In this document: piece after piece, positions 47,672-57,418 of the stretch | Position numbering within the stretch: position 1 is the stretch's first letter | Layout of the letters: every line of letters begins with the position of its first letter | Virus record (IMG/VR): IMGVR_UViG_3300033145_001147 | Coordinates: 1 to 63,731 of that record | DNA: 63,731 nucleotides | Direction: 5' to 3' (one strand) | Source: a virus | Taxonomy: Duplodnaviria; Caudoviricetes | Notes under the pieces: generated by a model | What the model was told of the DNA's origin: nothing | Databases searched by the model: none | Seen by the model: only the letters and a program-made list of their open reading frames with translations | Translations under genes and position numbers: made by a program

Positions 47672-48100
47672 ATGAAAAAACTAAATATAGGTTGTGGTGA
47701 AAAAATAATGGAAGGATATGATGGTCTTGATAAACAAGATTTTGGACAAAAATGGGTCTGTGATATATTGGAATTTTTTACTGAATTTGATATTAAAGAA
47801 CTTTATGATGAGGTTAGAGCAGAACATTTTTTAGAGCATTTTGACCAGGACGAATTAAAAATAATATTTAATGGAGTTTATAAAATATTAAAGACAGGAG
47901 GAGTGTTTGAAATTATTGTTCCTTCCAAGGAAAAAGATTCTGCCTGGGTTCTAACTCATAAAACTTTTTGGACAGAATATACTTTTAAGGTATTTGAACG
48001 AGAAATGTTTTGTAATGAGTATAGGGTTCCTTTATGGAAAATCGAAGAAGTTAAAACTAACAGTAGAAAAGATATTTACTGTAAGATGATAAAATTATAA
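47672..48100 (+). CDS. class I SAM-dependent methyltransferase-like protein
   Basis: KLNIGCG, HFLEH, ILKTGG. Confidence 0.8.
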   Translation: MKKLNIGCGEKIMEGYDGLDKQDFGQKWVCDILEFFTEFDIKELYDEVRAEHFLEHFDQDELKIIFNGVYKILKTGGVFEIIVPSKEKDSAWVLTHKTFWTEYTFKVFEREMFCNEYRVPLWKIEEVKTNSRKDIYCKMIKL

Positions 48101-48117
48101 GTTAATAAATATGTAAT

Positions 48118-48954
48118 ATGAATAAAACAATTGGTATCTTGACTTTCGAGAAATATTTGGGAAGAAAAAATCTTGGTTCTTCTAAAATTCGTGGTCAATG
48201 GTTAATTAATCATTGGGATGAAGCAGAGATTTTCGAACAAGGAAAAAATTATGATGTGGTAATTTATCAAAAAGCATATTTTGTAGACCACGCAAAAATA
48301 TTTAAAGGAATTAAAATCTTGGATATTTGTGACCCAGACTTTTTAAGTTGGAGATATAGAACAGTTGAAATGATACAAGAAGTAGATGCTATTACAACTT
48401 CAACTGAAGCGTTAGCAGAGGCTATAAGAAATTTTACAGACAAACCTGTATTGTGTGTTCCTGATAGAATTGATTTAGATACAATTGAAAAAACTAAATA
48501 TCACAAAGGAGAAGCAAAGACGGTTGGTTGGTATGGATATTCAACAGGATTTGAGATGTTAAAACCAGTTCTTTATTTTCTAAAAAAATTAAGACTGAAC
48601 TTAACTGTCATTTCTGATGGAGGATTTAGTTTACCTGCTGGATATGAAAGTATGCAATTAATTAATCTTCCTCATAATTGGGAAACTGTTTATGATGATT
48701 TATTAGATGTAGATATAATTGTTAATCCGCAAACCAAATCAGGAAGATATAAATATAAATCAAATAATAAAACTATATTAGCTTGGGCTTTAGGTTTGCC
48801 TGTTGCTAACGATATTGATGAATTAAAAAAATTCAAATCAGAGGAAGAAAGAAGAAAAGAACAAATATTAAGATTAAAAGAAGTAAAAGAAAAATGGGAT
48901 ATTCAATTATCAGTAAAAGAGTATAAAGAGTTTATTAGTTCTTTACAAAAATAG
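48118..48954 (+). CDS. GT-B glycosyltransferase-like protein
   Basis: SSKIRG, DICD, GWYG, KSNNK...WALGLPV. Confidence 0.7.
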   Translation: MNKTIGILTFEKYLGRKNLGSSKIRGQWLINHWDEAEIFEQGKNYDVVIYQKAYFVDHAKIFKGIKILDICDPDFLSWRYRTVEMIQEVDAITTSTEALAEAIRNFTDKPVLCVPDRIDLDTIEKTKYHKGEAKTVGWYGYSTGFEMLKPVLYFLKKLRLNLTVISDGGFSLPAGYESMQLINLPHNWETVYDDLLDVDIIVNPQTKSGRYKYKSNNKTILAWALGLPVANDIDELKKFKSEEERRKEQILRLKEVKEKWDIQLSVKEYKEFISSLQK

Positions 48955-48998
48955 TTATCCACAAACGCTTTACTTTTATTATATTTGTTTGTTATAAT
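48955..48998 (+). promoter_or_regulatory. DnaA box plus promoter upstream of portal
   Basis: TTATCCACA 48955-48963, TTTACT-18-TATAAT with extended TG. Confidence 0.6.
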
Positions 48999-49082
48999 GA
49001 CAATGCACCTAATTTTAGAAGTAAACTTTGTTTATGGGTTACTTTTATTGGAATTAGGTTTTTTTAATGTTATAGTAAATAT

Positions 49083-52000
49083 ATGAATTTTATAGATAAA
49101 CTAAAAAATGTTTTTGGGAAAAACAAAATAAACGAAAATGAAGGGTCTAAAATAACACCTACTGGTTATGAAGCTTATGGATTAGGAAGTTTTTTTGAAA
49201 GCTCTAACAAAACAAAAGAATATTTAGATGAGTTAAAAGGTTGGGTTGGTGCTGCTACTACAGCAATCGCTGATGATGTTGCTTCTATTCAATTACATTT
49301 ATATAGACAAAAAGGAGATGATATAGAAGAAGTAACAGAACATCCAGTTCTGGATTTGCTTTTCAAAATAAATAGTTTTACTTCTAAATTTGACCATTTC
49401 TGGCTAACACAAACTTACTTGGAACTTACTGGTGAAGCTCCTTGGTTTATAGATAAGAAAGGAAAAGAAATCAAAAATATTTTCCTATTAAGACCAGACA
49501 AAATAAAACCAATAGCAGGAAAGAGTAGAATGATTGAAGGATATGAATATGAAATTGGATTAGGTGAAACAGTTAAATTAGATAATGATGAAGTTATCTT
49601 CTTAAAGAATCCAAACCCAGCTAAACCTTTTAGGGGGATTGGAACATTACAAATGGCTGCTAAGATTGTTGATATTGATAACTTCTCTGAAGATTGGAAT
49701 AAACAATTTTATCAAAACTCTGCAAGACCAGATGCTATCCTTACTGTAGATACAGATAAATTAAATGACGAACAAAAAGATAAACTAAAGAAATCACTTA
49801 AAGAATCTTATGAAGGAACACGAAATGCTCATAAGACAATGGTGTTGTTTGGTAATATGACTTTTGAAAAATCAAGTTTCTCTGCAAAAGATATGGATTT
49901 CTTAGAACAACAAAGATTTAGTAGAGATAAGATTCTTGGTATCTTCCGAGTGCCTAAAGCTATTGTGGCTCAAACAGAAGGTGTAAACTTTGCTTCTGCT
50001 AAAGCTGCTCAATATATTTTTGCAAAGTGGACAATCAAACCAAAGATGGAAAGATTGATTCAACAATTAAATGAATTCTTACTTCCTTTATTTAGTGACA
50101 CAGAAAATATGTTCCTAGATTATGATAGTCCTGTCCCTGAAGATGATGAATTGAAGTTAAAGAAATATGAAAGTGGATTAAGAAATAATTACCTTACAAT
50201 CAATGAAGTTAGAAATGAAGAAGGATTGCCTGAAGTTGAAGGGGGAGATGTGATTTATGTTTCTGGAAGTATTAGACCTTTAGGAGAACCTGAACAACCA
50301 TCAGAAAAACCAGAAGAAGGAAAGACTCTTAAATTGAAAAAGGGTGCTATTTATAAATCTAAGTTCTCATCAGATAGATTATATGAAATGAAAGCTAGAG
50401 GTAGAAAATTCTTCCAAAGAAGAAAAGAAACAGAAGCACTTAAAGATAAAATTAGAGCTTCTCTAAAAGAAGAATTAGAAAAAGGAAAAGTTAAAGATAA
50501 TAAACATAAACATAAATTGATTACTAAAGAAATTAATAATGATGGAAATGTTCGTAGAGAATTATCTGCTGAAGAAATATTTAATTTCTGGACAGTTAAA
50601 AATAAAATCTTTGACAAATATCAAAAAAAAGTTGAAGAAGATTTAGTAAAAGTATTTAATACTCAAAGAAAAATTGTATTAGGAAAACTAGGAAAGAAAA
50701 AAGATGTTCATTTCAAAGCTTCTTCTGATTTGTATAATACAATTAAATTAAATAAGAAAAAGGAAGTAGAAAGAACACTAGTTCTAACTTTACCTACATT
50801 AACTGCTTTATTCAAAGAAGCTGGTGATGAAACTTTTGATATGATGGATTTGACTATGAGTATGGATATGGAAAGAGAAGAAATCAAAAAACTATTGAAA
50901 GAAAAAGGAAGGTTGTTTGCTGTAAATGTAACAGATACAACTAATGATTTTATAAAGAAACAAGTAGTAGATGGGATTGCTAAAGGAGATAGTATTCCAA
51001 AAATTAAGAAAAGAATTGTAGGAGTATTTGATTCTGCTACAGAGTTTAGAGCAGAAAGAATTGCAAGAACCGAATCATTGAAATATAGCACAAGAGCAAC
51101 AGAACAAGCTTTCAAAGATTCTGGGATAGTTGAAGGTAAAATGTGGGTTACAGACCCAGACCCTTGTCCTTTATGTCAAGAATTAGCAGGGAGAACAGCT
51201 CCTTTAGGTGGCAATTTTGTCAAGAAAGGTGGTTCTGTTCTAGGTAATGTTTTTGATTACGAAGATATCCCAACACCGCCATTACATCCGAATTCATATC
51301 ATAAGGATACCGAAATTTTAACTAAAGATGGGTGGAAACAAGTTTCTGATTTGAAATGTAAAGATAAATGTTTGTCTCTGAATCCTAAAAATTTTAATTT
51401 AGAATATGTTTCTGTAATTAATACTATTGCACATAAAGAAGATAGATTAATTTCATTTCAAAGTAATAATTTTTCTTTAATGACTACAGGTAATCATAGT
51501 ATGTTTTATCAAACAGATTGGAATGCAAAAAATAATAAAAAGAAATGGAATTTTGTTGAATCAAAATCATTATTAGGTAAAAAGGCAGGAAGATTTTATA
51601 GAAGTAGTAACTGGATTGGCAAAGAATATAAAAAAATAAAACTTGGAAATAAACTTGTTTCCTTTAATACCTATTGTAAATTTATGGGGTGGTATTTATC
51701 AGAAGGAAGTGTCTCAAGAAATCATGTGAACATTGCTCAAAGTAAAGAGAAAAATTTTGAAAAGTGGTGTTCTATTAAGGAATTATTAAATGATATAAAT
51801 TTTAAGATTTATGAAAACAAAAATCAATTTGAAATCAATGATAAAAAATTAGCCGAACAGTTAAAAGTTTTTGGTAAGTCTTTTGAAAAGTATGTTCCTG
51901 AAAATATTAAGAATGCTGATTCTAAATATATCAGATGTTTTCTGGATACTTTTATTGCAGGAGATGGTAATATAAGAGAATCTAGAAAATGGGGAGGATT

Positions 52001-52367
52001 TAATTGGCAACCAGAAAAAACTTATTTTACTTCTTCCCAAAAATTAGCAGATGATTTAGGCGAACTTATTCTAAAAATTGGGAAAAGACCATCATATTAT
52101 TTACAGAAAAGTAAAGGGATAGAAGTTGAACACAAGAATGGGAAATATATTGGTAATCATGATATTTGGATTATAAGAGAATGTAAGTCACAATATGCTT
52201 ATGTTGCAAATATGGATATTCAAGAAGTTAAGTATGATGATATGGTATATTGTGTTGAACTTGAAAAATATCATACGCTTTATGTTAGATATAATGGAAA
52301 GGTTACTTGGTCAGGAAATTGCAAATGTGATATTGCCCCAGTGTTTAAGTCTAAAAAGTCGAATTAA
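49083..52367 (+). CDS. HK97-family portal fused to MuF/SPP1 gp7 head morphogenesis domain, with intein
   Basis: portal motifs (GEAPW, FYQNSARP, IFRVP, LTINEVR); MuF RAERIARTE, CPLC, HPN-CKC. Confidence 0.9.
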   Translation: MNFIDKLKNVFGKNKINENEGSKITPTGYEAYGLGSFFESSNKTKEYLDELKGWVGAATTAIADDVASIQLHLYRQKGDDIEEVTEHPVLDLLFKINSFTSKFDHFWLTQTYLELTGEAPWFIDKKGKEIKNIFLLRPDKIKPIAGKSRMIEGYEYEIGLGETVKLDNDEVIFLKNPNPAKPFRGIGTLQMAAKIVDIDNFSEDWNKQFYQNSARPDAILTVDTDKLNDEQKDKLKKSLKESYEGTRNAHKTMVLFGNMTFEKSSFSAKDMDFLEQQRFSRDKILGIFRVPKAIVAQTEGVNFASAKAAQYIFAKWTIKPKMERLIQQLNEFLLPLFSDTENMFLDYDSPVPEDDELKLKKYESGLRNNYLTINEVRNEEGLPEVEGGDVIYVSGSIRPLGEPEQPSEKPEEGKTLKLKKGAIYKSKFSSDRLYEMKARGRKFFQRRKETEALKDKIRASLKEELEKGKVKDNKHKHKLITKEINNDGNVRRELSAEEIFNFWTVKNKIFDKYQKKVEEDLVKVFNTQRKIVLGKLGKKKDVHFKASSDLYNTIKLNKKKEVERTLVLTLPTLTALFKEAGDETFDMMDLTMSMDMEREEIKKLLKEKGRLFAVNVTDTTNDFIKKQVVDGIAKGDSIPKIKKRIVGVFDSATEFRAERIARTESLKYSTRATEQAFKDSGIVEGKMWVTDPDPCPLCQELAGRTAPLGGNFVKKGGSVLGNVFDYEDIPTPPLHPNSYHKDTEILTKDGWKQVSDLKCKDKCLSLNPKNFNLEYVSVINTIAHKEDRLISFQSNNFSLMTTGNHSMFYQTDWNAKNNKKKWNFVESKSLLGKKAGRFYRSSNWIGKEYKKIKLGNKLVSFNTYCKFMGWYLSEGSVSRNHVNIAQSKEKNFEKWCSIKELLNDINFKIYENKNQFEINDKKLAEQLKVFGKSFEKYVPENIKNADSKYIRCFLDTFIAGDGNIRESRKWGGFNWQPEKTYFTSSQKLADDLGELILKIGKRPSYYLQKSKGIEVEHKNGKYIGNHDIWIIRECKSQYAYVANMDIQEVKYDDMVYCVELEKYHTLYVRYNGKVTWSGNCKCDIAPVFKSKKSN
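51294..52319 (+). mobile_element. intein (342 aa) with LAGLIDADG endonuclease in the MuF domain
   Basis: starts SYHKDTEILT, TGNH block B, GWYLSEG and FIAGDG, ends WSGN followed by Cys. Confidence 0.88.
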
Positions 52368-52439
52368 AGTTGTAAACAATTAAAAGGTATACAAGTATTA
52401 CAGAAAGTGATATTATTATAAGATAACAAAAAATATATT

Positions 52440-54533
52440 ATGGATAAAGAAACAAAAATTCTTCAAGCAACAACAGAAAAAGGCTCTAATGGAGTTCTTA
52501 CTGCTATTGCTTCAACTGAAGACCAAGATAGAGCTGGAGATATTCTTTCTGTAAAGCAATGGGATTTTAGTAAATTCAAAATGAATCCTGTATTACAAGC
52601 TGGTCATAAATATGACCCACAATTTACAATTGGAATCGCCAAAAATATTAGAGTGGAAGGTAAAAAAGTTCTTTTTGAACCTATTTTCCATTCAATTACT
52701 CCATTAGCAAAACAAATTAAAGAAATGTATGAAAAGGGCTTTTTGAAAGCTTGGAGTGTTGGATTTATTCCAGCCGAAGATGAAAAAGGATTTCATGAAT
52801 TATTAGAGGTTTCAGCTGTTGCTGTTCCTGCTAATGCTTTTGCTTTAATGAAAGGATTTGAAAAAGATAATATTGAAGTAGAAATGAAAAATTGGGTAGA
52901 AAAAGAATTAGAAGAAAAAGGAAAAGATGTAGAAACAATAGAAACTCCAGAAGAAGCTGAAGAAAAAGAAGAAACTCCTAGGTTAAAAGAAGAAGTTGTA
53001 GAAGAAGTTGAAGAAAAAAATTATACTCCTTGGAATAAAACGTTGCCAAGTATTTTTGCACAAAAAGATTTTGATATTACTACTGTAAAACCAGAAGCAA
53101 TGACTTTTGAAAACAAAATCTTTACTAAGTTTTTTGACTGTAAGGTTAAAGACTTGTATTTGAATTTTCATAGTATCCCTTCTCCATTATTGGGTTCGTA
53201 TTTATCAGCTTTCAAAAAGACTTTAGCTGATTATGAATTAGTAGATACTAGAAATTGGCATGGAAATGCAGAGTTTCCACCTCAATATAAAACTATTCAG
53301 TTAAATTCAAAAGAAAATGATAGTTTCTTGGTAGAAGGAACAATATTCTATAAAGTTGCTGGTAGAAATGCTTTAGCAATTAGTTTCTATCCTACTTGGG
53401 CAGGAATTGTTGTTGAAATTGTTACTCATAAAGAAAAAAGAGAATGGAGTGAAGAATTATTACAAAAAATTCACACTTGGGTAGACCAAAATAATTATTT
53501 AAGAGGAGAAAAATTTGCTTTAAGTGGAGAATTTATTCCTACAGGGAATAAACAATGGGAAGATATAATTGCTGATGAAAATAATATTAAGGCACTTAAA
53601 CAAGGAATGAAAGTGTTAGAATCTAATTCTAATAAGAGTAGAGGGTTATTATTTGTAGGTCCTCCTGGAACTGGAAAGACTTTAACAGGAAAAGTTTTAA
53701 TGGACAATACTGATGCAACATTTATTTGGATTTCAAGTAAAGATATGGATAGAGTTGGTGCTGTTACTGCATTAAAGATGGGATTCAAATTAGCAAGAGA
53801 TTTAGGACCTTCAATATTATTTATGGAAGATATTGATTACTGGATTAAAGGATATGCGATTGATACATTAAAAACTGAATTAGATGGTATGCATGAAAAT
53901 AATAAAGTGCTTACAATTTTAACATCTAACTTCCCTGAAGATTTACCTGATGCTCTATTAGATAGACCAGGAAGATTCCATGAAATTCTAAATTATGATT
54001 TACCAACAAAAGAAATTCGTTCAGAAATGATATTAAAATGGGCAGAAGTAAATAAGAAAACAGCAGATAGTATTGCCGAATTAACAGAAGGATTATCAGG
54101 TGCTCATATTAAAGAATTAGTAGAATATGCAAAAAATATTTCAGAAGATGACAAATTAGAAATGGCAGAAGCTTTGTTAAAGAGTTTAGAAAAAATGACA
54201 GCACAGAAAGAGTTGATAACTAATATTAGACAAAGTAAGAAAAGTTTTGCTATAATAGAGAAGGAAGGAAAAGTTATTTCTAAAAAGAATATGGAAAAAC
54301 TTGTTACTGCAAAAGAAGCTTTGGAAGCAGTAATAGGAATAGATAAATCAGAAGAAGAACCAGACCTTACTGAAAAGTTTATACAAGATTTAGAAATAGC
54401 CGTTAAAGAAATTGAAGAAAATGAAATGAATAAAAAATTAAATGATAAAGAAATGCTTACAAAGACATTACAGAAGATTTCAAAATCAAGTAATAAGACC
54501 CTGTGTGAAAGAAAGAAAGCAGGAATTAAATAA
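52440..54533 (+). CDS. HK97-type prohead protease fused to AAA+ ATPase
   Basis: ASTEDQDR, H, WSVGF, LLEVSAVAVPAN; then GPPGTGKT, FMEDID, LDRPGRF. Confidence 0.88.
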   Translation: MDKETKILQATTEKGSNGVLTAIASTEDQDRAGDILSVKQWDFSKFKMNPVLQAGHKYDPQFTIGIAKNIRVEGKKVLFEPIFHSITPLAKQIKEMYEKGFLKAWSVGFIPAEDEKGFHELLEVSAVAVPANAFALMKGFEKDNIEVEMKNWVEKELEEKGKDVETIETPEEAEEKEETPRLKEEVVEEVEEKNYTPWNKTLPSIFAQKDFDITTVKPEAMTFENKIFTKFFDCKVKDLYLNFHSIPSPLLGSYLSAFKKTLADYELVDTRNWHGNAEFPPQYKTIQLNSKENDSFLVEGTIFYKVAGRNALAISFYPTWAGIVVEIVTHKEKREWSEELLQKIHTWVDQNNYLRGEKFALSGEFIPTGNKQWEDIIADENNIKALKQGMKVLESNSNKSRGLLFVGPPGTGKTLTGKVLMDNTDATFIWISSKDMDRVGAVTALKMGFKLARDLGPSILFMEDIDYWIKGYAIDTLKTELDGMHENNKVLTILTSNFPEDLPDALLDRPGRFHEILNYDLPTKEIRSEMILKWAEVNKKTADSIAELTEGLSGAHIKELVEYAKNISEDDKLEMAEALLKSLEKMTAQKELITNIRQSKKSFAIIEKEGKVISKKNMEKLVTAKEALEAVIGIDKSEEEPDLTEKFIQDLEIAVKEIEENEMNKKLNDKEMLTKTLQKISKSSNKTLCERKKAGIK

Positions 54534-54660
54534 ATATATAATGGTCGGTAAAGATATTTTATATCATAAAGCCGATGGGACCAGAATAGGTCGAAGCAAA
54601 TAAAGAAATACGGAAGTATATGCCTTTATAAGATTATTAATCAAATTTTTTTAAGATATT

Positions 54661-55104
54661 ATGAAAAAATTGAAAATCGGAGATAAATACTATGAACTAA
54701 AGGAAGTTGATAAAACTACTACAGAAGAAGTTCCTGCAGAAACACCTGCAGAAGAAGTTCCTGCTGAAGTTGTTGAAGAAACTTCTGTAGTTGAAGAAAC
54801 TCCCGTAGAAGAACCTACAGAAAATGTGGACAAAAAAATTGAAGCTGCTACAGAAAAAATCGTTGCCTCATTAGGGTTAGATAAAATTCATGAAAAACTA
54901 GATGTTCTTTCTGAAAAGAAAGAAGTTAAAGACACTAAACCATCTGCTTTGATTGATTTAGAAACTTTAATGAAGAAAGATGTCAGTGAAATGACAACTA
55001 AGGAAAAAATTGTTGGATTTTTCCAAGCTATGATTAAGAATAACCAACCTGTTTTGAAAGCTCTTTCTGAAGGAACTGCTGCTGATGGAGGATATCTATT
55101 CCCT
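54661..55104 (+). CDS. major capsid protein exon 1
   Basis: acidic delta-domain-like N-terminus ending GTAADGGYLFP. Confidence 0.88.
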
Positions 55105-55950
55105 AAATTCGTTGGGGCATAAGTATGTGAGTATTTATGAAAATTCGGTGAATTGCTGGAAACTCCTAAAAAGGACAATCAGCAGCCAAGTTATTATCTA
55201 AATGGTAATAAAAGGTTCAACGACTAGGTTTTGAAACTCTTTTAGAGAATATAATAAACCCATGAGTGCCGAACTTCTTGAATTTAGAACTGAAGTATTA
55301 TATAATAGTTATATGAGAAAAGGTTCAAAAATGACAATTAAACAAAGAAAAAGAGTAAGTGAAGGACATCTTGGACAACCAGGTTGGAATAAAGGTAAAA
55401 AGATGTCAAAAGAGTTTTGTGAAAAAATAAGAATTGCCAATTTAGAAGGAAGATGTGGAATGAAAGGTAGAAAACATAGTGCTGAAACTAAATTGAAACA
55501 AAGTAAAAGTAATAAAACAAAACTTCTTTGGAAAAATCCTGAATACCGAAAAATGATGTCAGAAAAACATAAATGGCAGAGTGGTAAAAATAATCCAGCA
55601 TATATAGACGGAAGAAAACCATTAGTAATGAGAATAAGACATCATCCTAAAATGAAAAATTGGATTAAACAGGTTTTTGAAAGAGATAATTATATTTGTC
55701 AGGATTGTAAACAGCGAGGCAAAAAATTAGAAGCTCATCATTTATATCCTTTTTCAAAAATAATTACTGAATATAAAATAAAGACCATCAAACAAGCCTT
55801 ACAATGTGAAATAATGTGGGACTTGAATAATGGACAAACTCTTTGTAAAAATTGTCATAAAAAAATAAATACAAGAAGATGATATAGTCTGACCTGCAAC
55901 TATATATAAAATTGCAGAAGTAGTAATTAAAAAAACTACGATAACATATG
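55105..55950 (+). mobile_element. group I intron 1 in major capsid gene
   Basis: U.G P1, GAATTGCTGGAA, AATCAGCAG, CAACGACTA, GATATAGTC, terminal G. Confidence 0.9.
55313..55882 (+). CDS. intron-encoded HNH endonuclease (NUMOD3 repeats)
   Basis: VFERDNYICQDC..AHH..NGQTLCKNCH; promoter TTGAAT-17-TATAAT 55278-55306. Confidence 0.88.
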   Translation: MRKGSKMTIKQRKRVSEGHLGQPGWNKGKKMSKEFCEKIRIANLEGRCGMKGRKHSAETKLKQSKSNKTKLLWKNPEYRKMMSEKHKWQSGKNNPAYIDGRKPLVMRIRHHPKMKNWIKQVFERDNYICQDCKQRGKKLEAHHLYPFSKIITEYKIKTIKQALQCEIMWDLNNGQTLCKNCHKKINTRR

Positions 55951-56165
55951 GACGAATTCAGATATGAAATCATTAGAGATATCGCAGAAGATAGCCATAG
56001 AATGAGAAATGATGTGACTGTTGTTCCTATGAAAAGAGATGTTATGAATATCCCTTCATTGGAATCTAGACCACAAGTAACATGGACGGAAGAAAATGCT
56101 ACTAAATCTACAACAACTGCTCATTTTGGTCAAATCACTTTGACAGTAAAGAAAATGGCTGCCAT
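55951..56165 (+). CDS. major capsid protein exon 2
   Basis: DEFRYEII...WTEENATK...FGQITLTVKKMAA. Confidence 0.88.
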
Positions 56166-56907
56166 TAACTTACAAGGTGGCAGAAGGGTGCGAACCCTAA
56201 AGAAAAATGCCGTGAATTGCTGGAACACCCAAAATGGAATAAGAAGCCCATATTGGACAATCAGCAGCCAAGCTTTACCAGTAATGGTTTAGAAGGTTCA
56301 ACGACTAGGGAGCGAATCCTTGATAGGATAGTAATCTCCCCACGAGCGCGGTGCTCTGTTCTTTAACAAATTACATTTGATAAGCAAGAGATTTTAATAT
56401 ATAATATATATATGAATAAAAAATCACTAGCAAATCTTACATATAAATATAAAAAAGGTTGTATTCCTTGGAACAAAGGATTGTCTGCAAAAAATAATGA
56501 GTCAATGAAAAAAATTGCAGAATCAAGAAAAGGAAATAAACATCCTTTGTGGAAAGGTGGAAAAGCAAAAGCAACTGGAGGATACATTAAAATTAAAATG
56601 CCAAATCATCCAAATGCTAATTGTGAAGGATATATTTTAGAACATCGTTTAGTTATGGGAAAAGTTTTAAAAAGAAATCTTTTACCTCATGAAGAAGTTC
56701 ATCATATAAATGGTATAAAAGATGATAATCGTCCAGAAAATTTAGAGATTGTCCTTAAATATAAACATTTTGGAAATATTTGCTGTCCATATTGTAAGAA
56801 AAATTTTAAAATCAAATAATTTGTTAAAGAACAGAAGATGATATAGTCTGACCTTTATGGTAACATAAAGAAGTATTGGATAAAGAGCCAATATAATAAC
56901 AAAAATG
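56166..56907 (+). mobile_element. group I intron 2 in major capsid gene
   Basis: P1 CTGCCAT/GTGGCAG, P10 TACAAG/CTTGTA, conserved core, terminal G 56907. Confidence 0.9.
56412..56819 (+). CDS. intron-encoded HNH endonuclease
   Basis: EHRLVM...VHHINGIKDDNRPENL; promoter TTGATA-17-TATAAT. Confidence 0.88.
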   Translation: MNKKSLANLTYKYKKGCIPWNKGLSAKNNESMKKIAESRKGNKHPLWKGGKAKATGGYIKIKMPNHPNANCEGYILEHRLVMGKVLKRNLLPHEEVHHINGIKDDNRPENLEIVLKYKHFGNICCPYCKKNFKIK

Positions 56908-57418
56908 CTTGTATGCTTCTGATGAATTGATTGATGATGCATCTGAAATTGATATTGTAAACTTCATCATAGGATTATTCTCTGAAGCTATCGGAGAAGA
57001 AGAAGATAGAGTTGTTTGGAGAGGTAATGGAACTACAGAACCTACAGGAATTGTAACAGCACAAGCTACTGGAACTATTTCAGGAAGAACTTGTTCAGGA
57101 AACCTTTCAGTTGATAACATGATTGATTTGTTATATGATTTGCCAGCAAAATGGCAAAAGAATGCTAAACTATATGTTCATAGAACAAATATTAGAGAAT
57201 TGCGAAAATTGAAGGATTCTAATAACAGATACTATTGGTCAGAACCAGTAGCAGCTGGATTAGCTCCTACATTTATGGGATACTCTGTTATTGAAACTAA
57301 TGAATTAAGTGAAGCACAAATTTACTTTGGAGATATGAAAAAGACTTACTGGTTAGGTGACCGTCAAAAGATGACAGTTAAAATATCGCAAGATACTGAA
57401 ACTGCCTTTACGAAGGAT
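56908..57418 (+). CDS. major capsid protein exon 3
   Basis: LYASDELIDDA...GNGTTEPTGI...LKDSNNRY...FGD...AFTKD. Confidence 0.9.

Noticed and set aside
56358-56833. boxA stalk inside capsid intron 2 (TGTTCTTTAACAAA/TTTGTTAAAGAACA)
   Set aside because: Explained as the P8 extension that holds the HNH ORF; it shows boxA-like strings can arise by chance in this AT-rich DNA
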